From positions 1 to 53,286 of IMG/VR virus record IMGVR_UViG_3300009159_000088: 53,286 nucleotides of DNA. One strand, given 5' to 3'. Positions 1 to 8,122 of the stretch are shown in pieces. This DNA is from a virus. Taxonomy: Duplodnaviria; Caudoviricetes. Every line of letters begins with the position of its first letter. Within the stretch, counting starts at the first letter, position 1. The notes below the pieces were generated by a model. It was not told the origin of the DNA, ran no database searches, and saw only the letters and a list, made by a program, of their open reading frames with translations. A program made the translations under genes and the position numbers.

Positions 1-97
1 AATCAGGAAAACCGATTCACATCCAAGAACTTAAATACCTTGAGGGCTTATTACCAGCAATCCGCGCGGTCGGGGCTTTTTATGGTAAAAAACTAAA

Positions 98-253
98 ATG
101 AGCACAAATGGCAAAGGATCAAAACCGAGACCCTTCTCGGTACCATTCGAGGAGTTTGAAAAAACATGGGATAACATCTTCAAAAAGCTTCCAAAAGCAA
201 ATCCGGAACCAGCTGACGAAAGAAAGAAGCCCAAATTGAAAGATCGAAATTGA
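98..253 (+). CDS. small hypothetical phage protein (51 aa, below the ORF-track cutoff)
   Basis: Read by hand: MSTNGKGSKPRPFSVPFEEFEKTWDNIFKK...; ATG after an A-rich leader; the GKGSKPRP...WDxIF pattern resembles small ORFs of T4-like phages. Confidence 0.6.
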   Translation: MSTNGKGSKPRPFSVPFEEFEKTWDNIFKKLPKANPEPADERKKPKLKDRN

Positions 254-329
254 ATTTGTTTCAAGGGGAACGTCTGTCTCCCTGAATCTACACACAAACA
301 CACACAGACACAAAGAAAAGTATAACATC

Positions 330-566
330 ATGTCAAATAACAACAATGGTAAAAACGCCTACGAGATTCGTCTCGAGGTACTTCAAATGGCAATGGGTCA
401 CGCCGAGTCCGCTTATTATCAGGAGGTCGACCGTATCCGGTCTGCACGTCCGGATGATAAAGGACCATACGAACTCCCAGAGGATAAACGAGTTCGCGAT
501 GCTCTGAAGATTGCAAAGAAACTGTATGCCTTCGTTGAAGGTGACCAGACGGAATCTACAGAATAA
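330..566 (+). CDS. hypothetical phage protein
   Basis: 78 aa ORF with NAYEIRLEVLQMA motif, same strand as neighbours. Confidence 0.7.
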   Translation: MSNNNNGKNAYEIRLEVLQMAMGHAESAYYQEVDRIRSARPDDKGPYELPEDKRVRDALKIAKKLYAFVEGDQTESTE

Positions 567-586
567 TCCTGTAGTTCTTTAAATCA

Positions 587-629
587 TTGATGGCCAATAT
601 CTTAAATGGTATTGGCCATCAACATCTTA
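587..629. promoter_or_regulatory. two copies of the TTG-N5-CAA-N3-CTTA operator-like motif, forming a 13-bp inverted repeat
   Basis: ttgatggccaata (587-599) / tattggccatcaa (610-622); same motif at 2135, 13663 and 14075. Confidence 0.65.
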
Positions 630-644
630 TGTAATTTTTATTGA

Positions 645-672
645 TTTACTTTTAAGTGGATCAATGTAAGAT
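645..672 (+). promoter_or_regulatory. early sigma70-type promoter
   Basis: TTTACT-N16-TAAGAT; ATG of ORF 679 lies 6 nt after the -10. Confidence 0.7.
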
Positions 673-678
673 ATACAC

Positions 679-1038
679 ATGATCAAGTTCAACATTGTTA
701 TTTCCACTCAGGTTCACGAAAACTACGGAGCCCATGATTGGGACGGCAAAGGCCAATGCCCTCAGTATTGGAAGGCCAAGGGTGGTTATGAGTACCGCCA
801 TCCGATCGCTCTAGACCTCGGTGAGGTCCAGGATCGGTCAAAGGTCAATTCCTTTGTGGAAGAGCTTCGCACCGCGGTGACCCGCAACGATGACTCGTGG
901 CAAGAGTGCGTCATTGACTGGTATTTCCTTCCCGTGGGCGAGCTGACCCACGAGGAGAAGCAACAGGTTGAGTGGCACGGTTCGGTCAAGGAAACGACCA
1001 AGGCTCCCTATAAATTACAGAACGCTTACGCGGCTTAA
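679..1038 (+). CDS. hypothetical phage protein
   Basis: 119 aa; ENYGAHDWDGKGQCPQYWKAKGG motif; directly follows an early promoter. Confidence 0.75.
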   Translation: MIKFNIVISTQVHENYGAHDWDGKGQCPQYWKAKGGYEYRHPIALDLGEVQDRSKVNSFVEELRTAVTRNDDSWQECVIDWYFLPVGELTHEEKQQVEWHGSVKETTKAPYKLQNAYAA

Positions 1039-1039
1039 T

Positions 1040-2131
1040 ATGAAACTTCCAACACTTTATTCACGAACCTCTACGGGTGCCACTCAGACCTGGACCATTG
1101 AAATTGATGGAGCGCAGTATCGTACAGAATACGGCCAGATTGATGGTAAGAAAACCACAACGGAATGGATGGTTGCCGAATCTACCAATGTCGGTAGAGC
1201 GAACCAACGTGACGTTAATGCTCAGGCAGAATTTGAGGCAAAGGCCATCTGGAAAAAGAAGTCGGAAGCTGGTTACTACGAGAACATCAAGGACATCGAT
1301 CGTCCAGCTTTTATTGAACCGATGCTTGCTCAAAAGTATGAGGACCGCAAGGATGAGATTGAATGGCCCGTGTGGGCTCAACCAAAGTTAGACGGCATTC
1401 GGTGTATTGCAACTGCAAAAGGTCTCTTTAGCCGAGCCGGCAAACAGTTTAAGTCGGTGCCTCATGTGTCTGCGGAACTCCAAAATTTCTTTAAAGATAA
1501 TCCTGATGCAGTGCTCGATGGAGAGTTGTACTGCGATAAGCTCGCGAATGATTTTAATAAGATCACCTCTTTAGTAAAGAAAACCAAACCATCCACAAAG
1601 GATCTTGAAGAGTCCGAGAAGACAATCCAATATCACATCTACGACATTGTGGATACCTCGAGGAGCTTTCCTGATCGGTCGAATTGGATCCAAAACCACA
1701 TTACGACGACAAACGTGATCCGTATGGTAATGACTGCTCGTGTAGAATCAATTGAGCAACTCGATCGATTGTACGAAGGTTTTCTTGCTGCCGGATATGA
1801 GGGTCAGATGATACGTACGGATGGATGCTATGAGCAAAAGCGGTCGAAGACCCTTTTAAAGCGCAAAGAGTTCCAGGACGCAGAATACGAAATCATTGAA
1901 ATCTGTGAAGGTTCTGGTAACCGCACGGGAATGGCAGGATTTGCAATTGTTAAAAACAATGATGGTTCTCAATTTAAGTCTAACATTAAGGGAAGCCACG
2001 ATTTTCTTACGGAGCTATTGACCCATAAGACCGAACTTATCGGTGAAAAAGCCACGGTGCAGTACTTTCGGCTCACTCCGGACGGTGTTCCTCGGTTTCC
2101 GTACATTACTTCTATCAGAAATTACGAGTGA
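1040..2131 (+). CDS. lig: ATP-dependent DNA ligase (compact type)
   Basis: Motifs I QPKLDGIR, III VLDGELY, IIIa YHIYD, IV EGQMIR, V LLKRK, VI PRFP; start moved to ATG 1040, just after the upstream stop. Confidence 0.95.
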   Translation: MKLPTLYSRTSTGATQTWTIEIDGAQYRTEYGQIDGKKTTTEWMVAESTNVGRANQRDVNAQAEFEAKAIWKKKSEAGYYENIKDIDRPAFIEPMLAQKYEDRKDEIEWPVWAQPKLDGIRCIATAKGLFSRAGKQFKSVPHVSAELQNFFKDNPDAVLDGELYCDKLANDFNKITSLVKKTKPSTKDLEESEKTIQYHIYDIVDTSRSFPDRSNWIQNHITTTNVIRMVMTARVESIEQLDRLYEGFLAAGYEGQMIRTDGCYEQKRSKTLLKRKEFQDAEYEIIEICEGSGNRTGMAGFAIVKNNDGSQFKSNIKGSHDFLTELLTHKTELIGEKATVQYFRLTPDGVPRFPYITSIRNYE

Positions 2132-2134
2132 GTG

Positions 2135-2196
2135 TTGACTATCAATCGCTTAGAGTATATCTTTGTGGTTTACTTTTAGCTGGTTTTGTGTAGGAT
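2135..2196 (+). promoter_or_regulatory. early promoter with upstream palindromic motif
   Basis: TTGactatCAAtcgCTTA (2135-2152), TTTACT (2169-2174), N16, TAGGAT (2191-2196). Confidence 0.75.
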
Positions 2197-2205
2197 TGTA
2201 TCATA

Positions 2206-2406
2206 ATGAATAACACTACTAATTACTCCGTCAACTACGCTTACAAATCTGGTGCCATGGAAGGCGTCCTCAAGGCTATGACCTATCGCTGGTCCATTCC
2301 GGGTGTGCAAATCACCGACCGTGAAGCCTTCGAGCAATTCATTGCCAAAGAAATTGCTCGGGTGAATAAGGACGCTATGGAATTCTCTAAAAACAATACT
2401 AACTAA
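2206..2406 (+). CDS. hypothetical protein
   Basis: 66 aa ORF directly downstream of an early promoter. Confidence 0.7.
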   Translation: MNNTTNYSVNYAYKSGAMEGVLKAMTYRWSIPGVQITDREAFEQFIAKEIARVNKDAMEFSKNNTN

Positions 2407-2407
2407 T

Positions 2408-2851
2408 ATGAATACCGAACTTAAAACCGACACAGAAATTCTCATAATTGCAATGCGCCACTGGGCAAAAGTAGTGCTCTCGAATGGTGGAGTTGCAGCT
2501 GATACTATTTCCGAAGGTGCCGACCGATTGCAGGAACTACAAGCCCGCGCTGAAAAAGCCGAGGCTGCGCTCGCCACTGAACGCAAAAAGGTCGTCGATG
2601 AAATCACAGAAAAGAACGCGCCGGAAATCGTCAAGGTAAACGCCCACATTGTTGACATGACAGCCCGCGCCGAGAAGTCGGAGAAACTCTGGAAAGAGTT
2701 CATTACCTTAATGGAAATCACCGAGGAAAGCGATTCCGGTTATGAGTTTAATCCCAATAAAATCAGCAGCTGTCGAGCAATTGACGGTCGCAGACTCAAT
2801 GAGATTCTCAATGAGGCTCGCGGAATGGTATTTAATGCACCAAAAGAATAA
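2408..2851 (+). CDS. hypothetical coiled-coil protein
   Basis: 147 aa; ARAEKAE/ARAEKSE internal repeat; tightly packed with neighbours. Confidence 0.65.
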   Translation: MNTELKTDTEILIIAMRHWAKVVLSNGGVAADTISEGADRLQELQARAEKAEAALATERKKVVDEITEKNAPEIVKVNAHIVDMTARAEKSEKLWKEFITLMEITEESDSGYEFNPNKISSCRAIDGRRLNEILNEARGMVFNAPKE

Positions 2852-2859
2852 TTTTGTTG

Positions 2860-2887
2860 TTTACTTTCAGCACTTTCAATATAGGAT
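2860..2887 (+). promoter_or_regulatory. early sigma70-type promoter
   Basis: gTTTACT-N16-TAGGAT; ATG 6 nt downstream. Confidence 0.7.
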
Positions 2888-2893
2888 TGTATT

Positions 2894-3160
2894 ATGAAAA
2901 TCACTAAAGAGCAGCAAAAAGCAATCGACCAAATGTATTCCGTTTCAGCAATGGACCATAAACTAAAAGTCAAATTCACTAAAAAGCAGCAGAAGGAAAT
3001 CGCGAAGATCCGCAAGGTAATTGCTGCTCATCACGCAGAGCAAGATAAACTTGTTGATGGTTTCATTGAGTCCATGGGATTCTCGGGTAAAGAACCAGAA
3101 GATACCATCGTATGGGACTACATTTACAATGATTCAAACTGGATGGTTGAACTGGAATAA
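2894..3160 (+). CDS. hypothetical protein
   Basis: 88 aa ORF after a promoter. Confidence 0.7.
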   Translation: MKITKEQQKAIDQMYSVSAMDHKLKVKFTKKQQKEIAKIRKVIAAHHAEQDKLVDGFIESMGFSGKEPEDTIVWDYIYNDSNWMVELE

Positions 3161-3164
3161 CCTT

Positions 3165-3377
3165 ATGAAAGCAATACTGGAATTCAACCTACCCGAAGAT
3201 AACTATGAGCATATGCGGGCGGTTCATTGCAATCAAGCCTGGGCGTCATTGTATGAAATTGATTCCTTGTGTCGCAATATATTGAAGCATGGTACCGGTG
3301 ATTATAAAACCGTAGAAGAACTTGCTCAAGCCATTCGTATTGAAGCAGGAAATGCACTAAATCAAGTCGAGGAATAA
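3165..3377 (+). CDS. hypothetical phage protein
   Basis: MKAILEFNLPED N-terminus; ATG 3165 avoids overlap with the upstream gene. Confidence 0.7.
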   Translation: MKAILEFNLPEDNYEHMRAVHCNQAWASLYEIDSLCRNILKHGTGDYKTVEELAQAIRIEAGNALNQVEE

Positions 3378-3380
3378 ACA

Positions 3381-3968
3381 ATGAAAGCAGAACTACAACA
3401 GCAGATTTTTGCCAAGTATCCGAAAATGTTTGGAGACCGCACCAAGCCAATGACCGAGACGTGTATGTGCTGGGGTCTTGAAGTTGGCGATGGTTGGTAC
3501 AATCTTATTGATACCCTCTGTGAAGCTCTTACCTACACTTATACTACAAGCGTACAGGTAGATGAAGAAGATGGTAAACGTCTTGGTGTTAAACCATACG
3601 CAGACAGCTATTACTTTTGCGTGGAGCCACCTCAAGTGATCGCTACTCAGGTAAAAGAAAAGTATGGCACGCTCCGGTTTTATTATCGTGAAGAGTATAA
3701 TGAAGAAATCATGTCTCTTATTGAGACTGGAAAGTATCCCGATCTTCAAAGGATTATTGATCGCTATTCGGACTATATTAATGGTATTGTTCACTTTGCC
3801 GAAACTGCTTCTGGTAGAACTTGTGAAGACACCGGTCAGCCCGGCGAGCTACATGCAACAGGAGGTACTCGTATGGGATGGTTAAAGACTGTGAGCAAAG
3901 AACACGCTAAGACTGTTTTGGCAGACCGAAACTATATTCCTTACTCAGAGATTCCTAAAAATGAATAA
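3381..3968 (+). CDS. conserved hypothetical phage protein
   Basis: 195 aa; GDGWYNLI, QVKEKYGTLRFY and TCEDTG motifs. Confidence 0.8.
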   Translation: MKAELQQQIFAKYPKMFGDRTKPMTETCMCWGLEVGDGWYNLIDTLCEALTYTYTTSVQVDEEDGKRLGVKPYADSYYFCVEPPQVIATQVKEKYGTLRFYYREEYNEEIMSLIETGKYPDLQRIIDRYSDYINGIVHFAETASGRTCEDTGQPGELHATGGTRMGWLKTVSKEHAKTVLADRNYIPYSEIPKNE

Positions 3969-4281
3969 GCCGATTAAACAGTTTAGACTCAAGAAAGAAT
4001 ATATCACTTCAGTACCAGATGACAGGTATATGGTTCTGAGCGATCTGGTTGGTAAAATCATCTTTCAAGGTGATTCATATGCCTGCAAAGACCATCCTGA
4101 ATTTACAAAGTTGCGCAATAAACTTTGTGAGCTGGGTTATATCTTTATCGAGCCTACATACTGGAACGGAGATAGAGTTCTGAAACCATTTAAACTTAAC
4201 AAACTTAGTTTTAAGAAAGGCGAACAGTTTCCATGTGCAGCTGCGATAGCTGTAAAATTAGACATACGTCATAAAAAATGA
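3961..4281 (+). CDS. hypothetical protein
   Basis: 106 aa; short overlaps with neighbours at both ends. Confidence 0.7.
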   Translation: MNKPIKQFRLKKEYITSVPDDRYMVLSDLVGKIIFQGDSYACKDHPEFTKLRNKLCELGYIFIEPTYWNGDRVLKPFKLNKLSFKKGEQFPCAAAIAVKLDIRHKK

Positions 4282-4553
4282 AAATTGTAATTAACGATTG
4301 TTACGGCGGCTTCGGTCTTTCTAAAGAAGCTCTTGCCCTTTTTAATGAACGCACTGGTACAGTCATTACATATGATATTGAAATCAAGCGTAATGATCCT
4401 ATTCTGGTAGAAATTGTGGAGCAACTTGGAGAATCTGCTAACGGCAGCTTTGCTGAACTTAAAGTTGTGGAGATTCCCGACGACGTTGTCTGGGGAATAG
4501 AAGAGGACGACGGTCATGAATGGATTGCAGAAAAACATAGAACTTGGAACTAA
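4278..4553 (+). CDS. conserved hypothetical phage protein
   Basis: MKIVINDCYGGFGLS...RNDPILVEIVEQLG...LKVVEIPDD motif. Confidence 0.8.
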   Translation: MKIVINDCYGGFGLSKEALALFNERTGTVITYDIEIKRNDPILVEIVEQLGESANGSFAELKVVEIPDDVVWGIEEDDGHEWIAEKHRTWN

Positions 4554-4554
4554 T

Positions 4555-4794
4555 ATGAAAATTAAAAACGTAAATGTAAATGTAAATATGAATGTAGAAA
4601 TCGATCCAGAAACAGCCGATGGTATTGTCCGCGCTTCCGTAAAACAAACCATTGAATACCTTCGCAAAGACATTGCCGTCCTTAAGAAGGTAAGGAAAGC
4701 CGAAGATTACCAAAAACGTGATCTAGCCGAACAGATTCGCACCTTAGATGCTATGGAAGAAGTTTTTGACTATTACGGAGGTAATTTAAAATAA
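4555..4794 (+). CDS. hypothetical protein
   Basis: ATG just after the upstream stop; TAATG coupling to the next gene. Confidence 0.65.
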   Translation: MKIKNVNVNVNMNVEIDPETADGIVRASVKQTIEYLRKDIAVLKKVRKAEDYQKRDLAEQIRTLDAMEEVFDYYGGNLK

Positions 4795-5024
4795 TGACGC
4801 AAGAACAATTTATCTACTGGGTACGTGGCTTTATTGCTGGCAAAGACTATATTAGTGCACAGGATACGCTTATTCTAAAAGAACAAGCCGAAAAAGCGTG
4901 CGTTGTCACATTTAGTTCACCTACTATAACTCCTCTACGTCTACGTGAACCTTACGGTAAGGGGCAATACGAGCCTTATGTTAAGGGTCCGAGCGATTAC
5001 CCCACGCCAATAGTTACTTCATAA
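4794..5024 (+). CDS. hypothetical protein
   Basis: MTQEQFIYWVRGF N-terminus; coupled start. Confidence 0.65.
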   Translation: MTQEQFIYWVRGFIAGKDYISAQDTLILKEQAEKACVVTFSSPTITPLRLREPYGKGQYEPYVKGPSDYPTPIVTS

Positions 5025-5025
5025 A

Positions 5026-5505
5026 ATGAAAAAGAATAAAGATTTAGAACATTACAAGAATGAATGCGAGCGTCTTCGTTACCAGCTTCACTATAAGTTT
5101 AAAAATGACTCTGTAACTGCTAAAGCTGCTGAAATAGAAAGCCAACGTCTTTACCGCAAAGTTGGTAAGAAGTTTGTTCCGGTTAACGACCCATATGCAT
5201 ATACAGGCTTGCATAACGGCTTTTGGCTTGTTCATATTAAAGAAGGATGCACTTCTATTCGTCAGCAAATCTTTCCAGATAAAGCACCGCTTACTGCGGC
5301 TGCCCGTCTTATCGAAGATAAGCTCATTGACATTATTCGCGAGGCATCAGCGGCTCGTCCTACCAAAATTGCTCTTACTCCCGAAGAAAAGAAAGATTGG
5401 GATAAATTCATTGCAAAACACGGTGACTCGTTTAATACTCTTCACTATCCATCTATCCAGGAGAATGCAGAGAAGATTGTTGCCGCACTAGTCGACAACA
5501 AATAA
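5026..5505 (+). CDS. hypothetical protein
   Basis: 159 aa; LYRKVGKKFVPV motif; last gene of the plus-strand block. Confidence 0.7.
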   Translation: MKKNKDLEHYKNECERLRYQLHYKFKNDSVTAKAAEIESQRLYRKVGKKFVPVNDPYAYTGLHNGFWLVHIKEGCTSIRQQIFPDKAPLTAAARLIEDKLIDIIREASAARPTKIALTPEEKKDWDKFIAKHGDSFNTLHYPSIQENAEKIVAALVDNK

Positions 5506-5524
5506 TTACCCAAAAGGTAATAAA

Positions 5525-6484
5525 TTAAACACTCGGAGGAGCCGTTACTGGCTCCTCTTTCTTTTTGCCTGGTAATGAAATCTTGCCCGTCTTTGGGTCC
5601 ATCATTACCATCACAATCACAAAGACACCCATGACGGCTGCTACAACCCAGAATGGAATTGTGGCTGCAACATAAGCAAGCCCCAACATCGTAATACCCG
5701 ACACAATGAATGTCGGAGACTTCATAAGGAAGCCAATGACTAGGATTACAATACCCACGCCTAATAAGGCTTTGACAATCCAGCCCACCATCTCGAGGCG
5801 TTGTTTCTCTTTGGCAACTGCAACGGCATCTGCTGCTTCTTTACGGAGCTTTTCTCTTTCGGCTTCCTGATCGGCTCTTAGCTTTTCAAGGATGGTTGCT
5901 TGCTGATCGCGTAGTTTAGCCTTTTCAGCTTCTTTGAGTTTGACCTGTTTATCGGCTTCCTCATAGGCGGCTGCTGCGGCTTCGCCTTCTTTAATTTTGG
6001 CTTCGTACTTCTTTACGATTTCAGCCTCGAGTTTTTTACGGTCGCCTTCAAGCTCGGCAATGATCTCTTTCTTCTTGGCTTCACCAATAGGCATTAACCG
6101 AGCCATATTCTCTTTGGACTTTAAATTTGCAATCAGTACCCGAGCATCCAGTTTGGTAACATCCTCGGTGGCTTTAAAGATGCCATAGTTGATTTCGGAG
6201 ATACGATCGAAGTTGTCATTGTCCAGCCTTTCACGATTGGCGTAGGCTGCCGCTAATTGTTCGCGGAACTTAGCATACTCTATTTCCATTGCTTTGCGTG
6301 CTTCCTCATTCCGTTTACTAATCTCTGCCATACGGTCGACGGCTGCAGCGGTATTTTGAGCAGCAGCTACGGATCCGGCAGAGTCTCCGGTTTTACCGCC
6401 GCCAAGACTGGGCATTTTTAACCCACCGAGCATGGTGCAACCAGTCAGACTCATTACAAATAATAATGAAATGACAAAACGCAT
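5525..6484 (-). CDS. lipoprotein with long coiled coil and C-terminal transmembrane helices (spanin-like topology)
   Basis: MRFVISLLFVMSLTG-C lipobox; E/K/A-rich helical middle; 2-3 hydrophobic segments near the C-terminus; late promoter 5 nt upstream of ATG 6484. Confidence 0.75.
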   Translation of the reverse strand: MRFVISLLFVMSLTGCTMLGGLKMPSLGGGKTGDSAGSVAAAQNTAAAVDRMAEISKRNEEARKAMEIEYAKFREQLAAAYANRERLDNDNFDRISEINYGIFKATEDVTKLDARVLIANLKSKENMARLMPIGEAKKKEIIAELEGDRKKLEAEIVKKYEAKIKEGEAAAAAYEEADKQVKLKEAEKAKLRDQQATILEKLRADQEAEREKLRKEAADAVAVAKEKQRLEMVGWIVKALLGVGIVILVIGFLMKSPTFIVSGITMLGLAYVAATIPFWVVAAVMGVFVIVMVMMDPKTGKISLPGKKKEEPVTAPPSV

Positions 6485-6489
6485 AACCC

Positions 6490-6518
6490 TATTTATAACC
6501 ACCCGATGTTTATAAATA
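6490..6518. promoter_or_regulatory. divergent pair of T4-type late promoters
   Basis: TATAAATA on the minus strand (6490-6497) and on the plus strand (6511-6518). Confidence 0.85.
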
Positions 6519-6547
6519 GATGTACTTAACCTCAAACAATTAATTCT

Positions 6548-6802
6548 ATGGTATCAACAATTCTCAAAGTATTAGGAGAAGAAGCCGCAGTAGGAACTGT
6601 CGGTAACAATTTTAACGGCAAGACTCTGATCCGTGTATACAACAACACTGCTTCCGACGTTTCTGTTCTCGTAAAAGATGCTGCAGTAGTCACTACTGGT
6701 AGCTTTACCCTTCGTTCGTATGAAACCGCATTTGTCACGAAACTACCAGCCGAAAGCATTTTCGGTAGTGCAACGATCCGCATGGTGCCAGTGGCATTCT
6801 AA
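6548..6802 (+). CDS. small late protein, possibly virion-associated
   Basis: 84 aa beta-rich ORF after a late promoter. Confidence 0.65.
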   Translation: MVSTILKVLGEEAAVGTVGNNFNGKTLIRVYNNTASDVSVLVKDAAVVTTGSFTLRSYETAFVTKLPAESIFGSATIRMVPVAF

Positions 6803-6804
6803 CC

Positions 6805-7389
6805 ATGGCTGCCGATAAAAACCTAGAGTCCCACGCTGGTGAGGACGGAACGCTTATCTCCAACCGTGTGATCGCACCGGATGATTGGACGCAGATTTCT
6901 GATGTCCTTAAGTTCTCCAACTGCACAAACATTGTTGTCGATGGTTGCACCATTGAAGGCGGTAAGGAAGACTGCATTGATGCTGTCAGAGGTTCAAACT
7001 ATACCTTCAACAATACCGTTCTGGCTCCGCGCAAGAATGGCATTACCATTAAGGGTTCCGTCGATGGATACACCATCCGTGATGTGTCATTTATCTCGAG
7101 TGGATCCGACTGTGATATGGAATTTGGCCAATACGATAACTATTGGTACATTGGTCGAAAACCAACCCGTAACGGTAAAATCAGCCTCACCAAGTCTGTA
7201 AGCGGTACACCACTTGTGCTGAAACTCTGGGACGCAGAGATGCCAGTCATTACCGACTCCAACATTAAGGTCGTCAAGATTCCAAAGATCGTCTGGTGGC
7301 CATATTTCGTTTTTCGCGCCATTCAAACACGCGGTATCAAGAACATATTCAAACCTGTAGAAGCTGGTACATTTATTAAAACTAAATAA
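6805..7389 (+). CDS. probable right-handed parallel beta-helix protein
   Basis: LKFSNCTNIVVDGCTIEGGKEDCIDAVRGSNYTFNN and GITIKGSVDGYTIRDVSF look like beta-helix coils. Confidence 0.55.
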   Translation: MAADKNLESHAGEDGTLISNRVIAPDDWTQISDVLKFSNCTNIVVDGCTIEGGKEDCIDAVRGSNYTFNNTVLAPRKNGITIKGSVDGYTIRDVSFISSGSDCDMEFGQYDNYWYIGRKPTRNGKISLTKSVSGTPLVLKLWDAEMPVITDSNIKVVKIPKIVWWPYFVFRAIQTRGIKNIFKPVEAGTFIKTK

Positions 7390-7407
7390 TACGACGGCGC
7401 TTTATTG

Positions 7408-7435
7408 TTTACACTCTGCTTAGATACGTTATAAT
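7408..7435 (+). promoter_or_regulatory. early sigma70-type promoter
   Basis: gTTTACA-N16-TATAAT. Confidence 0.7.
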
Positions 7436-7499
7436 GTATCTCTATTCAACTTAATGTCTCATAGGATTCAAATACTGTAATACTACAAACTGTTTATTT

Positions 7500-7507
7500 T
7501 ATAAATA
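7500..7507 (+). promoter_or_regulatory. T4-type late promoter
   Basis: exact TATAAATA upstream of the 7573-13659 operon. Confidence 0.7.
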
Positions 7508-7516
7508 GCAATACTG

Positions 7517-7553
7517 AATGCTACCTTATCTTTATTGATGGGGTAGCATTTTT
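7517..7553 (+). terminator. intrinsic terminator-like hairpin
   Basis: aatgctaccttatc-tttatt-gatggggtagcatt (14-bp stem with 2 G-U) followed by a T tract. Confidence 0.65.
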
Positions 7554-7572
7554 ATTTACAACTCTTATTACC

Positions 7573-7836
7573 ATGGCAACAAATAATTCTATAGACCCCT
7601 TTGACTTTGGTTTCACTACTATCGCCGAAGATGAACTTGACGTAACAAAGCAAGTAGACGTAGCCGAGAAGGCTGCTGCGCATCATGAAGACAGATTGAA
7701 TCGGTTATACCAATCAATCCTTCCGCTTCTCCAGAATCTCAAAAAGAACCCTGAGAAGGAATACATTAAATGGCCGAACAGGGTTAAGAAGATTGAGGAG
7801 TTTGAAGCTAATATTTCCAAGATTGTAAACGGATAA
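7573..7836 (+). CDS. conserved hypothetical phage protein
   Basis: FDFGFT...LLQNLKKNPEKEYIKWPNR; TAATG-coupled to the next gene. Confidence 0.75.
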   Translation: MATNNSIDPFDFGFTTIAEDELDVTKQVDVAEKAAAHHEDRLNRLYQSILPLLQNLKKNPEKEYIKWPNRVKKIEEFEANISKIVNG

Positions 7837-8120
7837 TGAGTTTCGAAACACTTAAATCTCTTGCGGACCTTGGCTTCTCTGTTGCAGCAGTTATTGCTGG
7901 CGGAGTCTTCATTGTAATTCTCCTCAAGTATATCCTTGCGGGAGTGGTTGACGATGTAAAATCTTTGAATGGTCTTGCCGGCATGTTAAACAACCGTGTG
8001 CGTACAATGAATAATGACCTTATTCGGATTGATGCGCTCATCTCATCACGGTTCGGATTACGTGTCGATCTTGAACGTCTGGCGCGCAGCGATGGTAAGA
8101 CGGATGCCAGAAAGGATTAA
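7836..8120 (+). CDS. small membrane protein (holin-like topology), paralog 1
   Basis: N-terminal TM (FSVAAVIAGGVFIVILLKYIL) plus RVRTMNNDLIRID. Confidence 0.75.
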   Translation: MSFETLKSLADLGFSVAAVIAGGVFIVILLKYILAGVVDDVKSLNGLAGMLNNRVRTMNNDLIRIDALISSRFGLRVDLERLARSDGKTDARKD

Positions 8121-8122
8121 TT

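Noticed and set aside
587-622. 13-bp inverted repeat as an intrinsic terminator
   Set aside because: No adjacent T tract, and each arm is itself a copy of the promoter-linked motif, so an operator pair is the better explanation
968-1039. N-terminal extensions given by the ORF track (ligase 968, also 3021, 4516, 6535, 8370, 15026, 16835)
   Set aside because: They overlap upstream genes or promoters; downstream ATGs match signal peptides, family N-termini or promoter spacing
4566-4596. aatgta microsatellite (NVNVNVNMNV) as a phase-variation tract
   Set aside because: The 6-bp unit preserves frame and the tract is short and imperfect
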